Shown here piece after piece: positions 15,897 through 23,273 of a stretch of DNA of 24,000 bases. Location: assembly GCA_963832795.1 (NCBI GenBank), contig CAWHVJ010000008.1, positions 28,997 to 52,996 on the forward strand. Reading direction: 5' to 3'. This DNA is from an uncultured bacterium. GTDB lineage: Bacteria; Chloroflexota; Dehalococcoidia; Tepidiformales; Tepidiformaceae. How positions within the stretch are numbered: the first letter of the stretch is position 1; every line of letters begins with the position of its first letter. A program made the translations under genes and the position numbers. Below the pieces are notes generated by a model. It was not told the origin of the DNA. It saw nothing but the letters and a program-made list of their open reading frames with translations, and searched no databases.

Positions 15897-15913
15897 CGAT
15901 GGTGCAAAGATAG
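15875..15913 (+). repeat. Direct repeat copy 1 (tsaD 3' end and stop)
   Basis: GGTTTCCGCGCCGGCCGGTTGACGATGGTGCAAAGATAG is 35/39 identical to 18128-18166 in the same orientation. Confidence 0.9.
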
Positions 15914-16282
15914 CTACCCGACGGCCGAAAGCCAGCGGACAAACTGCGCGGTGGCATCAGCACGGCTGGCCGCATCCGTCTTCGCGAAGACGCTGGACAC
16001 GAGGTTACCAACGTGGCGGGACGTAATTCCGAGCAGCAGAGCCGCCTGGCGGTTGGTCTTGCCTTCGGCCAGGCACAGCAGCACGCTCCACTCTCGTGGC
16101 GACAGCCGGAGGAAGCGGTCGCTTCTGATGGGGTTCTTGCGGGAGATGTCGCGCAGCGTTTCTCCGAGGCCGCTCACCGTCATCCCTACATCCGACGCCA
16201 CCCCATCGGCAGCGCGCCCGGCCGCCAATCCGACGAGCACGCTTCGCTCGATCTCCGTCAGGTCGTCGGACGCCTGGTTCAT
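15914..16282 (-). CDS. Small LuxR/GerE-type regulator made of two tandem HTH units, no sensor domain
   Basis: Unit 1 is LTEIERSVLVGLAAGRAADGVASDVGMTVSGLGETLRDISRK. Unit 2 is LSPREWSVLLCLAEGKTNRQAALLLGITSRHVGNLVSSVFAKT. Both follow the L(T/S)xRExxVLxLxAxG...(I/V)..T(V/S)..H...I..K pattern. ATG 16282 (GGAGAGG 5 nt upstream) is preferred over the track start 16336. Confidence 0.65.
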   Translation of the reverse strand: MNQASDDLTEIERSVLVGLAAGRAADGVASDVGMTVSGLGETLRDISRKNPIRSDRFLRLSPREWSVLLCLAEGKTNRQAALLLGITSRHVGNLVSSVFAKTDAASRADATAQFVRWLSAVG

Positions 16283-16334
16283 GCCGCCTCTCCGTTCTCG
16301 GGGCCCGTCTGGCTCGCACGCAGGCGAGACCGGC

Positions 16335-16340
16335 ATTCTA
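16335..16340 (-). promoter_or_regulatory. Candidate -10 element (TAGAAT) for the LuxR-type gene
   Basis: The minus strand reads TAGAAT about 53 nt upstream of ATG 16282. No convincing -35 is present. Confidence 0.3.
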
Positions 16341-16446
16341 CGCGCCCGCGTTGAGCCGCATGTTATCTGAACCTACGGGGTCGGCGAAAGTTCCGATGGC
16401 TGTTGGCAGCGCCCTAGGGCACTGTGAGGCCGCCGCGCTGAGGCGC

Positions 16447-16478
16447 GAAAAAGGCCGGCAAACCACCGGCCTCTTTTT
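16447..16478. terminator. Bidirectional rho-independent terminator
   Basis: GAAAAA-GGCCGG-caaacca-CCGGCC-TCTTTTT. On the minus strand the 6-bp GC stem is followed by TTTTTC, about 22 nt after stop 16500-16502 of the secreted-protein gene. Confidence 0.7.
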
Positions 16479-16499
16479 CACTAGCGGCTTGGGCGAAAT

Positions 16500-17189
16500 T
16501 TACGTTGGCGAGGTCCAACTGCTGTAGTATGTCCAGTCGCTCAGGTCGTGTGGAAGCATGTACTGGCCGCGTTCGGTGAAGCATCCATAGTAGAAGCCGC
16601 TGGAGTACGGACAGTTTCCGTAGGAGTCATGCGGCACGGCGTTGTAGTCGTACCAGCTCATGATGTGAACCGGGACCGGGCAACCGGTGCTATCGAAAGA
16701 CCCGATGACCTGACTGTTCCAGTATCCCCCATAAGATAAGTTGTTTGCGTAGACGGGGAACAGGTACCCGTCATGCGTACCGGGCGAGGAATGCATGGCG
16801 TAGATGATCGCCTGGAAGTTCCACGACGAATCGTAGATCCCGACGGAGGTCGTCGCACAATAAGGCTGGCCAATTGGCTTCGCGTGGCCAATTATTGCGT
16901 GGGCCCGCGCAGTCACAGTTAGATCACCGCTAACGCCCCACGCGTTGAAATACGCGGTGGACGGGTTGTAGTTCGATACAAAGTCGAGCCCGCGGCCGTA
17001 GTTGGCGGCGCCCTCGCAATCGATGTGCCATCCGCAACTGTTCTGTGCCGACCCGTAGTCGATTGGAGGGTAGAAGTTGAACGTCGTGGCTACCGTCGCT
17101 CGCGCCGGCGCCACCGGAGACATGACTCCGAGCGCGAGGCCCACAACGGCAGCAAGGAAGGCCGTGCGGACGTAGCTCCTGATCATCAT
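16500..17189 (-). CDS. Secreted aromatic-rich, six-cysteine protein of unknown function (weak LytM/M23-like block pattern)
   Basis: MMIRSYVRTAFLAAVVGLALGVMSPVAPARA is a Sec signal with an AxA site. The mature part is rich in Y/W/N/S/G. Start ATG 17189 overlaps the upstream stop (ATGA, 17186-17189), with AAGGAG 7 nt upstream. Local G+C is 55/100 at 16500-16599. Collinear blocks YGRGLDF, IIYAMHSS and SQVIGSFDSTGCPVPVHIMSW resemble M23 blocks, but the metal ligands are only partly conserved. Confidence 0.7.
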   Translation of the reverse strand: MMIRSYVRTAFLAAVVGLALGVMSPVAPARATVATTFNFYPPIDYGSAQNSCGWHIDCEGAANYGRGLDFVSNYNPSTAYFNAWGVSGDLTVTARAHAIIGHAKPIGQPYCATTSVGIYDSSWNFQAIIYAMHSSPGTHDGYLFPVYANNLSYGGYWNSQVIGSFDSTGCPVPVHIMSWYDYNAVPHDSYGNCPYSSGFYYGCFTERGQYMLPHDLSDWTYYSSWTSPT

Positions 17190-17935
17190 TGCGTCAGCTC
17201 CTTCGCGATCGCGAGCACTTCGTTGACCGGCGAGTTCTCGCCCCGCAGCTCGGTGATTACATAGCCATCCGCAACGGGCCGGACCATCGTGATGTACGAG
17301 CCGCCCCGGCCATCCGGAATGATCGATCGAGTTACCACGGCTGCGAGTCCGCCAATTGTCATCGCCGACACTCGATCGGCGGCCCCGTAGGCGTAGTTCC
17401 AGGGCTCTGGGCGTAGCACGGTGCTGATCCCCACGGCATGACCAGTCGCCGTGACAATCACCACCCGGCCAGCCGCTATTACCTTGTCTCCACACAACGT
17501 GGCGAGCGCCGAGTCCGGCAGCTCGGGGTGGTCGGGCTTCAAACCCGCCGGCACGACGCTTCCGAAGATCGCCAGGGCGGTCCCGTCGGCAGCCGAGATG
17601 TTTTTGTGGGAGAGCCCGGCCGAACACTGGTATTCGGGTCCGTCCACGCCTTCTGATCCCGAGCGCATGGTGATTCCGTTGATCACACCCGCGAACTGCG
17701 GCTTGGCCCACTCCGCTGTAATAGTCGCGCCGGCGGCTTCGTCGGTCCCCGGAGCGTCGGCAAACGGCGTGCCGGGTGTTGGCTGGCCTTGCGCCTGTGC
17801 GTCGCCCCGCGTTACGGCGCCAGTCGCGGGGCCCCTGGCAAGCCTGGCGGCGGCGAAGGCCCCGGTTGCGACGATGGCGGCGAGGGCCGCAACGCCGAGA
17901 AAAGCCCACGGGCGAGCCCTGGTGAGGTTACGCAT
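17186..17935 (-). CDS. Secreted or N-terminally anchored protein of unknown function
   Basis: MRNLTRARPWAFLGVAALAAIVATGAFAAA is a signal/anchor, with no lipobox Cys and no twin-Arg. It is followed by an Ala/Gly/Pro-rich linker and a roughly 170-aa domain. ATG 17935 is preferred; the 86 residues upstream in the track ORF are Arg/Gly/Cys-rich and lack coding bias. It is coupled to the downstream gene. Confidence 0.6.
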   Translation of the reverse strand: MRNLTRARPWAFLGVAALAAIVATGAFAAARLARGPATGAVTRGDAQAQGQPTPGTPFADAPGTDEAAGATITAEWAKPQFAGVINGITMRSGSEGVDGPEYQCSAGLSHKNISAADGTALAIFGSVVPAGLKPDHPELPDSALATLCGDKVIAAGRVVIVTATGHAVGISTVLRPEPWNYAYGAADRVSAMTIGGLAAVVTRSIIPDGRGGSYITMVRPVADGYVITELRGENSPVNEVLAIAKELTQ

Positions 17936-18061
17936 GACACACCCCGCGCGCAGGCATCCGCGACCGGGCCGTTTCCATATTGATAGTTCGCACAGGCGTC
18001 CTCCGCATTGGTATGTGGGGCGCGTAACGCACCCTACCACCACGTTATGACGCTCCGGAAC

Positions 18062-18077
18062 CGTGGAATGTTCCACG
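18062..18077. promoter_or_regulatory. Palindrome CGTGGAA-TG-TTCCACG in the divergent intergenic region
   Basis: Perfect 7-bp arms with a 2-nt spacer. It lies about 127 nt upstream of ATG 17935 (minus strand) and about 115 nt upstream of ATG 18192 (plus strand). Confidence 0.35.
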
Positions 18078-18127
18078 TAGGCTGCTCCATCGTTTCCGCC
18101 ATGGCCAACGGCCGTGTCTGACCGCGG

Positions 18128-18166
18128 GGTGTCCCCGCCGGCCGGTTGACGAAGGTGCAAAGATGG
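18128..18166 (+). repeat. Direct repeat copy 2 (decayed tsaD 3'-end copy)
   Basis: GGTGTCCCCGCCGGCCGGTTGACGAAGGTGCAAAGATGG is 35/39 identical to 15875-15913. In the same register it reads GVSPPAG-stop versus KVSAPAG-stop in tsaD. Confidence 0.9.
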
Positions 18167-18191
18167 ATGCATCTCCCTGCTGGGGTGCGCC

Positions 18192-18662
18192 ATGCCGATT
18201 CCCGTCGCTCGTCTAAATCACGCTGTCCTCTACGTCCGCGATCTCAACCGATCGGTGGCGTTCTACCGCGAAGCGTTCGGCTTTGAGGAGATCGCGCGGG
18301 AGGGCGGAATGATGGCGTTCATGCGGGCGGCCGGTTCGACGAACCATCACGATCTCGGGCTGATGCAGGTGGGGGCAAACGCGCCGGCGCCCCCGCGCGG
18401 GGCGACCGGGCTCTACCACCTCGCGTGGGAGGTGCCGCGGATCGAGGACCTCGCCGCGGCACGGGTGACGCTGGCGGAGATGGGCGCGCTCAGCGGGCAA
18501 AGCGATCACGGCGCGACGAAGTCGCTCTACGGCGCCGACCCCGACGGCAACGAGTTCGAAGTGATGTGGATGGTGCCGCGGGAGGACTGGGGCGAGCACG
18601 AGCGGCGCGCCGTCATCGAGCCGCTGCGCATGGAGCGCGAGGTGGCGAAGTACGGCGGGTGA
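18192..18662 (+). CDS. VOC family protein (glyoxalase / extradiol dioxygenase fold)
   Basis: LNHAVLYVRDLNRSVAFYREAFGFEE, HHDLGL, LYHLAWEV and DPDGNEFEV are typical VOC beta-alpha-beta-beta-beta module motifs. Confidence 0.8.
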   Translation: MPIPVARLNHAVLYVRDLNRSVAFYREAFGFEEIAREGGMMAFMRAAGSTNHHDLGLMQVGANAPAPPRGATGLYHLAWEVPRIEDLAAARVTLAEMGALSGQSDHGATKSLYGADPDGNEFEVMWMVPREDWGEHERRAVIEPLRMEREVAKYGG

Positions 18663-18786
18663 GCGCCGGTTAGCTTGCACGCTGGTGCACGAGACCACAG
18701 ACCGCTTGCTTACCCGCGCGGCTCCATTCAACTGGGGAGCGGGCTGATGCGGTAATCTCCGCGCTACTTCCGGTGCGGGGGCCTGC

Positions 18787-19155
18787 ATGACGTTCGACGA
18801 GTTCATCGGGATGGAGCACAGCGGCAACGAGCGCGAGGCGATCGCGGTGGTGCGGATCGAGGCACATCACTGCAACCCGACCGGGAACATCAACGGCGGT
18901 GTCTTCCTGACGATGGCCGACAACATTTCGACCGGTGCGGCCAACCGGGCGTACTTCGAGAAGACGGGCGAGCGGAAGTTCCTCGTCGGGGTCGACCTCC
19001 ACGCCGTGATGCTGGCGAACCAGCAGGGCGGGACGGTGCGAGCGGTGGCGGTGCCGGTGCGCGTGGGGCGCCGGATCACGGTGGTGCGGACGCAGGTGTT
19101 CGGTGACGACGATCGGCTGCTCGCCGAAGTGACGACGACGCACGTGCCGACGTAG
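18787..19155 (+). CDS. PaaI-family hotdog-fold thioesterase
   Basis: NPTGNINGGVFLTMADNISTGAA and GRRITVVRTQVFGDDDRLLAEVTTTH follow the PaaI/4HBT pattern. 122 aa. Confidence 0.7.
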   Translation: MTFDEFIGMEHSGNEREAIAVVRIEAHHCNPTGNINGGVFLTMADNISTGAANRAYFEKTGERKFLVGVDLHAVMLANQQGGTVRAVAVPVRVGRRITVVRTQVFGDDDRLLAEVTTTHVPT

Positions 19156-19196
19156 GAGCGACGCGGGCGTCACGCCGCAGTGCGACGCGCGGAGCG

Positions 19197-20132
19197 CTAC
19201 TTGAAGTGAGGCAGCACGGTGTCGGCGAAGAGGCGGCCGGCCTCCTTCGTGTCGCGTCCGAAGAACTCCATCACGAACATCGTGCAGCCCAGGTCGATGT
19301 GCTTCTGGATCTGCTCGCGGACGCGCTGGGGGCTGCCGGCGATGGCGAGCGGGCCGGTGGGGTCGCCCATGTGGCCGCCGAAGATCTTCTTCGCAGTCTC
19401 GACCATGGGGCCGGCGCTGGCTTCGTCGGGGGCGATGGTGACCAGGCATTGCTGGCTGATGGTGACCTCTTCGAGTGGGCGGCCGACGGCAGCGCAGTGC
19501 TCCTTCAGGACGCCGACCTTGCGCTCGAGCAGGCCCTGCTGGGCGGCCAGGTTGTTCCAGATGTCCGCCTCTTTGGCGGCGAGCTTGAGCGTCACCTTTT
19601 CGCCGGCGCCACCGATGAGGAGCGGGGGCTTGCGCGCCGGCTTGGGCTCGCAGACGACGTTGTGCGCCTGGACGTACTTGCCTTCGAACGTGACCTGGGG
19701 CTCGTCGCCCCACATGCGCTTGAGGAGCGTGACCGTCTCGCGCAGCTGGCCGAGGCGCTGGCCCGTCGAGAGGAAGGGCACACCGAAGTCGGTGAACTCG
19801 CGCGGCATCCAGCCGGCTCCGAGGCCCGGGATGATGCGGCCGCCGGCGATGTTGTCGATGGTGGCGATGACCTTGCCGAGGTGTGCCGGGTTGCGCATGC
19901 CGGCGGGCGTCACGAGGGTGCCAATCTCGACCTTCGAGGTGACGGCAGCGACCGCCGAGACAAGCGACCACGCCTCGAGGATGGGGATGGTCGGCGACTG
20001 CGGGCCGTAGAGGTGGTCGCAGACCCAGAGGGAGTCATAGCCCATGGCCTCGAACTCGGTGGCCGCGCTCTTGCTCTCGTCCCAGGTGCGCTTGATCTGG
20101 GGGATGGTGACGCCGAAATGAATCTTGGGCAT
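19197..20132 (-). CDS. Luciferase-like monooxygenase (LLM) class oxidoreductase, probably F420-dependent
   Basis: HFGVTIPQ, GYDSLWVCDHL, LEAWSLVSAVAAVTSKVEIGTLVT, RNPAHLGKVIATIDNIAGGRIIPGLGAGW, PPLLIGGAGEK and ADIWN are present. GGAGG lies 5 nt upstream of ATG 20132. Confidence 0.8.
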   Translation of the reverse strand: MPKIHFGVTIPQIKRTWDESKSAATEFEAMGYDSLWVCDHLYGPQSPTIPILEAWSLVSAVAAVTSKVEIGTLVTPAGMRNPAHLGKVIATIDNIAGGRIIPGLGAGWMPREFTDFGVPFLSTGQRLGQLRETVTLLKRMWGDEPQVTFEGKYVQAHNVVCEPKPARKPPLLIGGAGEKVTLKLAAKEADIWNNLAAQQGLLERKVGVLKEHCAAVGRPLEEVTISQQCLVTIAPDEASAGPMVETAKKIFGGHMGDPTGPLAIAGSPQRVREQIQKHIDLGCTMFVMEFFGRDTKEAGRLFADTVLPHFK

Positions 20133-20189
20133 GGGCAGCCTCCGAGGGCAGGTATGTGGGCGGAAGCCTACGGCGCGGCGGGGCGGTTG

Positions 20190-20743
20190 TCAGCCTCGAG
20201 GTGTCACTGAGGCGAAGGGGTCATCGCCGCACCGGAGGGCGGCGAGGCTGGCGCGGAGCATTTCGGCGGCCGCGTCGTCGAGCGAGCCTTCGGCGGTCAG
20301 CTTTGCCTTCAGGAACGGTCTTCGTGAGGGACGCTTCGAGGACGTTAGCCGAGAGCATGGTCAGCGTTTCGCGGAGCGATTCCTGCGCGTGCGTGCCGCC
20401 GGCGGGGGCCGCGTTGAGCAGCAGCACCGGCTTGTCGATCAGTTCGCCGCTGGAGACGAGCCAGTCGAGGGCGTTCTTGAGGGAGCCGGGCACGCCGTGG
20501 GCGTACTCGGGGCTGGAGACGATGACACCGTCCGCCGCGGCAAGGATGGTGCGCAGCTCCGCCACCGCCGGATGGGCGGGCGCGCCTTCGAGGTCGTCGT
20601 CGGGGTTGAACTGTGGGAGCGTGGCGAGGCCGTCGTAGACGACGATCTCGCATGCCGGCAGGCGCCATGCGCTGCACTGCGCGCAGGAGCGCTCCGTTCG
20701 ATGACTGGGCGCGGAGGCTGCCGGAGATCGCGACGACGTTCAC
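20190..20743 (-). pseudogene. NAD(P)H-dependent FMN reductase, interrupted by two +1 frame breaks as sequenced
   Basis: Segment 1: GTG 20743 VNVVAISGSLRAQSSNGALLRAVQRMAPAGM. Segment 2: EIVVYDGLATLPQFNPDDD..ADGVIVSSPEYAHGVPGSLKNALDWLV..KPVLLLNA..VLEASLTKT. Segment 3: FLKAKLTAEGSLDDAAAAEMLRASLAAL.., ending at stop TGA 20190-20192. The breaks lie near 20650 and 20317. 554 nt minus 2 gives 184 codons. The start overlaps the upstream stop (GTGA, 20740-20743). Confidence 0.8.
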
Positions 20744-21927
20744 GGAGACTTGCGATCGCGTTGCTTCGGCGAGGCCTCCTCGGCTTCGCCGGGCGTCCCG
20801 GCGACGCGGCCGATGAACTCCCGGACGGCTGCCTCGTAGCGCTCGCGCTCGACGTTCCACGAGCGGACGTGACCGGCGGCGGCCACGCGTTCGTAGGTGA
20901 CGAGCTCCGGGTTGGCGGCGGCGAAGGCGTCACTCAGGGCGACGGGAATGACGCGGTCGGCGTCGCCGTGGAAGAGGAGGATGGGCACGCGGAGGTGGCC
21001 CGCGCGGGAGGCGTAATCGAGCTCGTCCCACTGCAGGCCGTAGCGTGCAGAGGCGATGCGATTGCTGACGGCGAGGAAGCGCACCGGCAGGCCAAGCTGC
21101 GCGGCGCCGTGGGAGACCGTCGTGCGCAGGTCGAGCATCGGCGCGTCGAGGATGAGACCGGCGACGCGTTCGGCGAGGGGCGAGCGGGCCATGAAGCTGA
21201 GCGTGATGCCGCCGCCCATGCTGTAGCCAACGATGAGGAGCCGTTCGGCGCCGTTGGAGAGGGCGTAGTGCGCGGCGGCTTCGAGGTCTTCCCACTCGGT
21301 GCGGCCGTAGGCATAGCGGCCGTCGGGGTCGGACGGGCCCTCGACGTCGTTGCGGTAGGTAATGGCGAGGCACGGGAGGGCCGCGGCATGGAGGACGGGG
21401 ATGATGCGCAGGGCCTCGCGCCGGTTGGCGCCTTTGCCGTGGACGAGGATGACCCAGGTGTCGGAGCGGCCGGGCACGAGCCACGCCGGCAGTTCGCCCA
21501 GCGTGGACGGAATGCGGACGTGTTCGAAGCCGAGCCCGTGCGCGGTATGAGGGTCGGCCGGGTGAGCGAAGGTATCCATGCGCACGAGATCGCCGATGCG
21601 GGTCGCGCCCTGCACCGGGAGGAACTCGCGGACGATGTCGTGGCCGCGGCGTTCGAGCACGGCGCCGACCTGGTCGTAGCCGTGGATGCTTTCGATTCCC
21701 CAGACCCCTGGTTCGTCGGCTGCGTTGCGCGGGCGGCGGGCGGCAGCGCGGAGCGTGATAGTGGCGTCGGTCAGCTCGACGACTTCGAGGTCGTGCGGGT
21801 CGGGGCCGCGATCGGTTTCGGGCTCGAGGCCGCCGACACGGAGCATCCGGGCGAGCAGCAGCCCGAACGCGCCGACGAGGGCGACGACGCCCCGCGCTGC
21901 AAGCAGCCGTCCAGCGAGCCACTTCAT
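20740..21927 (-). CDS. Membrane-anchored alpha/beta hydrolase
   Basis: N-terminal TM helix GVVALVGAFGLLLA; oxyanion region VILVHGKGANR; nucleophile elbow LIVGYSMGGG; PILLFHGDADRVIP and AAGHV supply the Asp and His. GAGG is upstream of ATG 21927. Confidence 0.8.
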   Translation of the reverse strand: MKWLAGRLLAARGVVALVGAFGLLLARMLRVGGLEPETDRGPDPHDLEVVELTDATITLRAAARRPRNAADEPGVWGIESIHGYDQVGAVLERRGHDIVREFLPVQGATRIGDLVRMDTFAHPADPHTAHGLGFEHVRIPSTLGELPAWLVPGRSDTWVILVHGKGANRREALRIIPVLHAAALPCLAITYRNDVEGPSDPDGRYAYGRTEWEDLEAAAHYALSNGAERLLIVGYSMGGGITLSFMARSPLAERVAGLILDAPMLDLRTTVSHGAAQLGLPVRFLAVSNRIASARYGLQWDELDYASRAGHLRVPILLFHGDADRVIPVALSDAFAAANPELVTYERVAAAGHVRSWNVERERYEAAVREFIGRVAGTPGEAEEASPKQRDRKSP

Positions 21928-21939
21928 GACTAGGACGCC

Positions 21940-23163
21940 TCACGGCGTGGCAGCCATCTCGGCGCGCACACCCAGGACGCCCTGTGCAGCGAGCGCTTCG
22001 ATACCCGAGGCGTCCATGCCCAGCTCCGCCTGCAGGACGGCGGCGGTGTCGGCGCCAAGGAGCGGCGCCGCGACCATATCGACGTCGCTGTCGCTCATGT
22101 GGATCGGCGGAGCGAGCATCTCGACGTCGCCGCGGATGGGGTGATGGACGGTGCGGACCTGGTTGCGCGCGTGGAGGTGCTTGTCGGTGAGGACGTCGAC
22201 GCTGTCGTAGACGGCGCCGCAGGGCACGCCGCAGGCGGCGAGATGCTCCATCGCCTCGAACTTCGTGTGCTGGCGCGTCCAGTCGGAAACGATCTCCTGG
22301 ATGAGGTCCCAGTTCTGGGCGCGGGCGCCAATGGTGTTGAAGCGGTCGTCGGCGCCCATCTCGGGGCGGCCAATGCCGATGCAGAGCGAGTCCCACATGC
22401 GCTCGGTGACGATGTGCATGTAGATGTAGTCGTTGGGGCCGCCGGGCGCGCAGGGATAGAGGCCGGTGGCGGGCATGCCCGACGAGCGCGAGCCGCGGCG
22501 CGGAACCGGGCCATCCGGGAACCGCTCGCGGATGGACATCGGCATGCGCATGAAGTTGGTGACGGTCTCCTGCATGGCGATCTCGATCATCTGGCCGCGG
22601 CCGGTCGTGCCCCGCTGGATGATCGCCGCGAGGATGCCCATGGCGAGGTGCATGCCGGAGCCGGTGTCGGCGACCGTCGCGCCGGGCTTGACGGGTGGGC
22701 CGTCGGCCTCGCCGGTGACGCTGAAGGAACCGCCCGTAGCCTGCGCCACCCAGTCGAAGCACTTGAACGAGCTGTACGGGCCGTACGTGCCGAAGCCTTT
22801 GATCGTCCCGTAGATGACGCGCGGGTTCGCCGCCTGCAGAACGTCGTAGCCGAGGCCGAGCTTCTCCATGGTGCCGAGCGAAAAGTTCTCGATGACCACG
22901 TCGAAGCGGGGGACGAGCTGAAGGAACAGGTCGCGGCCCTTGGGCGTGGACAGGTCGATGGCGGCGCTGCGCTTGTTGTGGTTGAAGGAGAGGAAGTAGA
23001 GCGAGTCGCGATCGCCGGCTTCCGTCATGCGGCCGGGGTCGCCGCGGCCCGGCGGCTCGATCTTGACGACGTCGGCGCCGAACCAGGCGAGGTACTGGCC
23101 GCAACTGGTGCCGGCCTCGTACTGGGTGAGATCGAGAACCCTGATGCCATCGAGCGCAGGCAT
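21940..23163 (-). CDS. Family III CoA-transferase (CaiB/BaiF/Frc type)
   Basis: MPALDGIRVLDLTQYEAGTSCGQYLAWFGADVVKIEPPGRGDPGR, DVVIENFSLGTMEKLGLGYD and NPRVIYGTIKGFG are classic family III blocks. The 270 extra N-terminal residues in the track ORF (to 23982) are wrong-frame read-through of the cupin and CMD genes. Confidence 0.85.
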   Translation of the reverse strand: MPALDGIRVLDLTQYEAGTSCGQYLAWFGADVVKIEPPGRGDPGRMTEAGDRDSLYFLSFNHNKRSAAIDLSTPKGRDLFLQLVPRFDVVIENFSLGTMEKLGLGYDVLQAANPRVIYGTIKGFGTYGPYSSFKCFDWVAQATGGSFSVTGEADGPPVKPGATVADTGSGMHLAMGILAAIIQRGTTGRGQMIEIAMQETVTNFMRMPMSIRERFPDGPVPRRGSRSSGMPATGLYPCAPGGPNDYIYMHIVTERMWDSLCIGIGRPEMGADDRFNTIGARAQNWDLIQEIVSDWTRQHTKFEAMEHLAACGVPCGAVYDSVDVLTDKHLHARNQVRTVHHPIRGDVEMLAPPIHMSDSDVDMVAAPLLGADTAAVLQAELGMDASGIEALAAQGVLGVRAEMAATP

Positions 23164-23205
23164 GGTGCACCCCCGGGGAAAGCGATGGGACGAGTGTACA
23201 AGACA

Positions 23206-23265
23206 GGGAACGGGGAACGGGGAACCGGACGAAAGGGAGAATGGGAGAACGGGAGAATGGGGGAC
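23206..23265. repeat. Short tandem repeats: 3 x GGGAAC(G/C) then 3 x GGGAGAA(T/C) (purine-rich on + strand)
   Basis: GGGAACG GGGAACG GGGAACC occupies 23206-23226. GGGAGAAT GGGAGAAC GGGAGAAT occupies 23235-23258, followed by GGGGGAC. The array lies in the intergenic region between the cupin stop and the CoA-transferase start. Confidence 0.85.
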
Positions 23266-23273
23266 GGCGGTGG

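Noticed and set aside
15891-15913. The shared TTGACGAWGGTGCAAAGAT part of the direct repeat as a duplicated promoter (TTGACG as -35).
   Set aside because: No acceptable -10 hexamer lies 16-19 nt downstream in either copy. Copy 1 faces the 3' end of a convergent gene, so it would have nothing to drive. The duplicated-gene-end explanation accounts for the repeat better.
16500-17909. 469-aa version of the secreted Cys-rich protein.
   Set aside because: The upstream 240 residues are Arg/Gly-rich and overlap the real 17186-17935 gene in another frame. The signal peptide, SD and ATGA coupling all point to ATG 17189.
17846-17935. Tat signal or lipoprotein signal on the 249-aa protein.
   Set aside because: The N-region reads TRARPW, with no consecutive twin arginines in an S/T-R-R-x-F-L-K context. 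There is no Cys after the hydrophobic core, so there is no lipobox. It is called only a generic signal/anchor.
23206-23265. Short tandem repeats as a CRISPR array or VNTR-type coding repeat.
   Set aside because: The units are 7-8 nt with no spacers, far below CRISPR repeat size. They are intergenic once gene boundaries are corrected.
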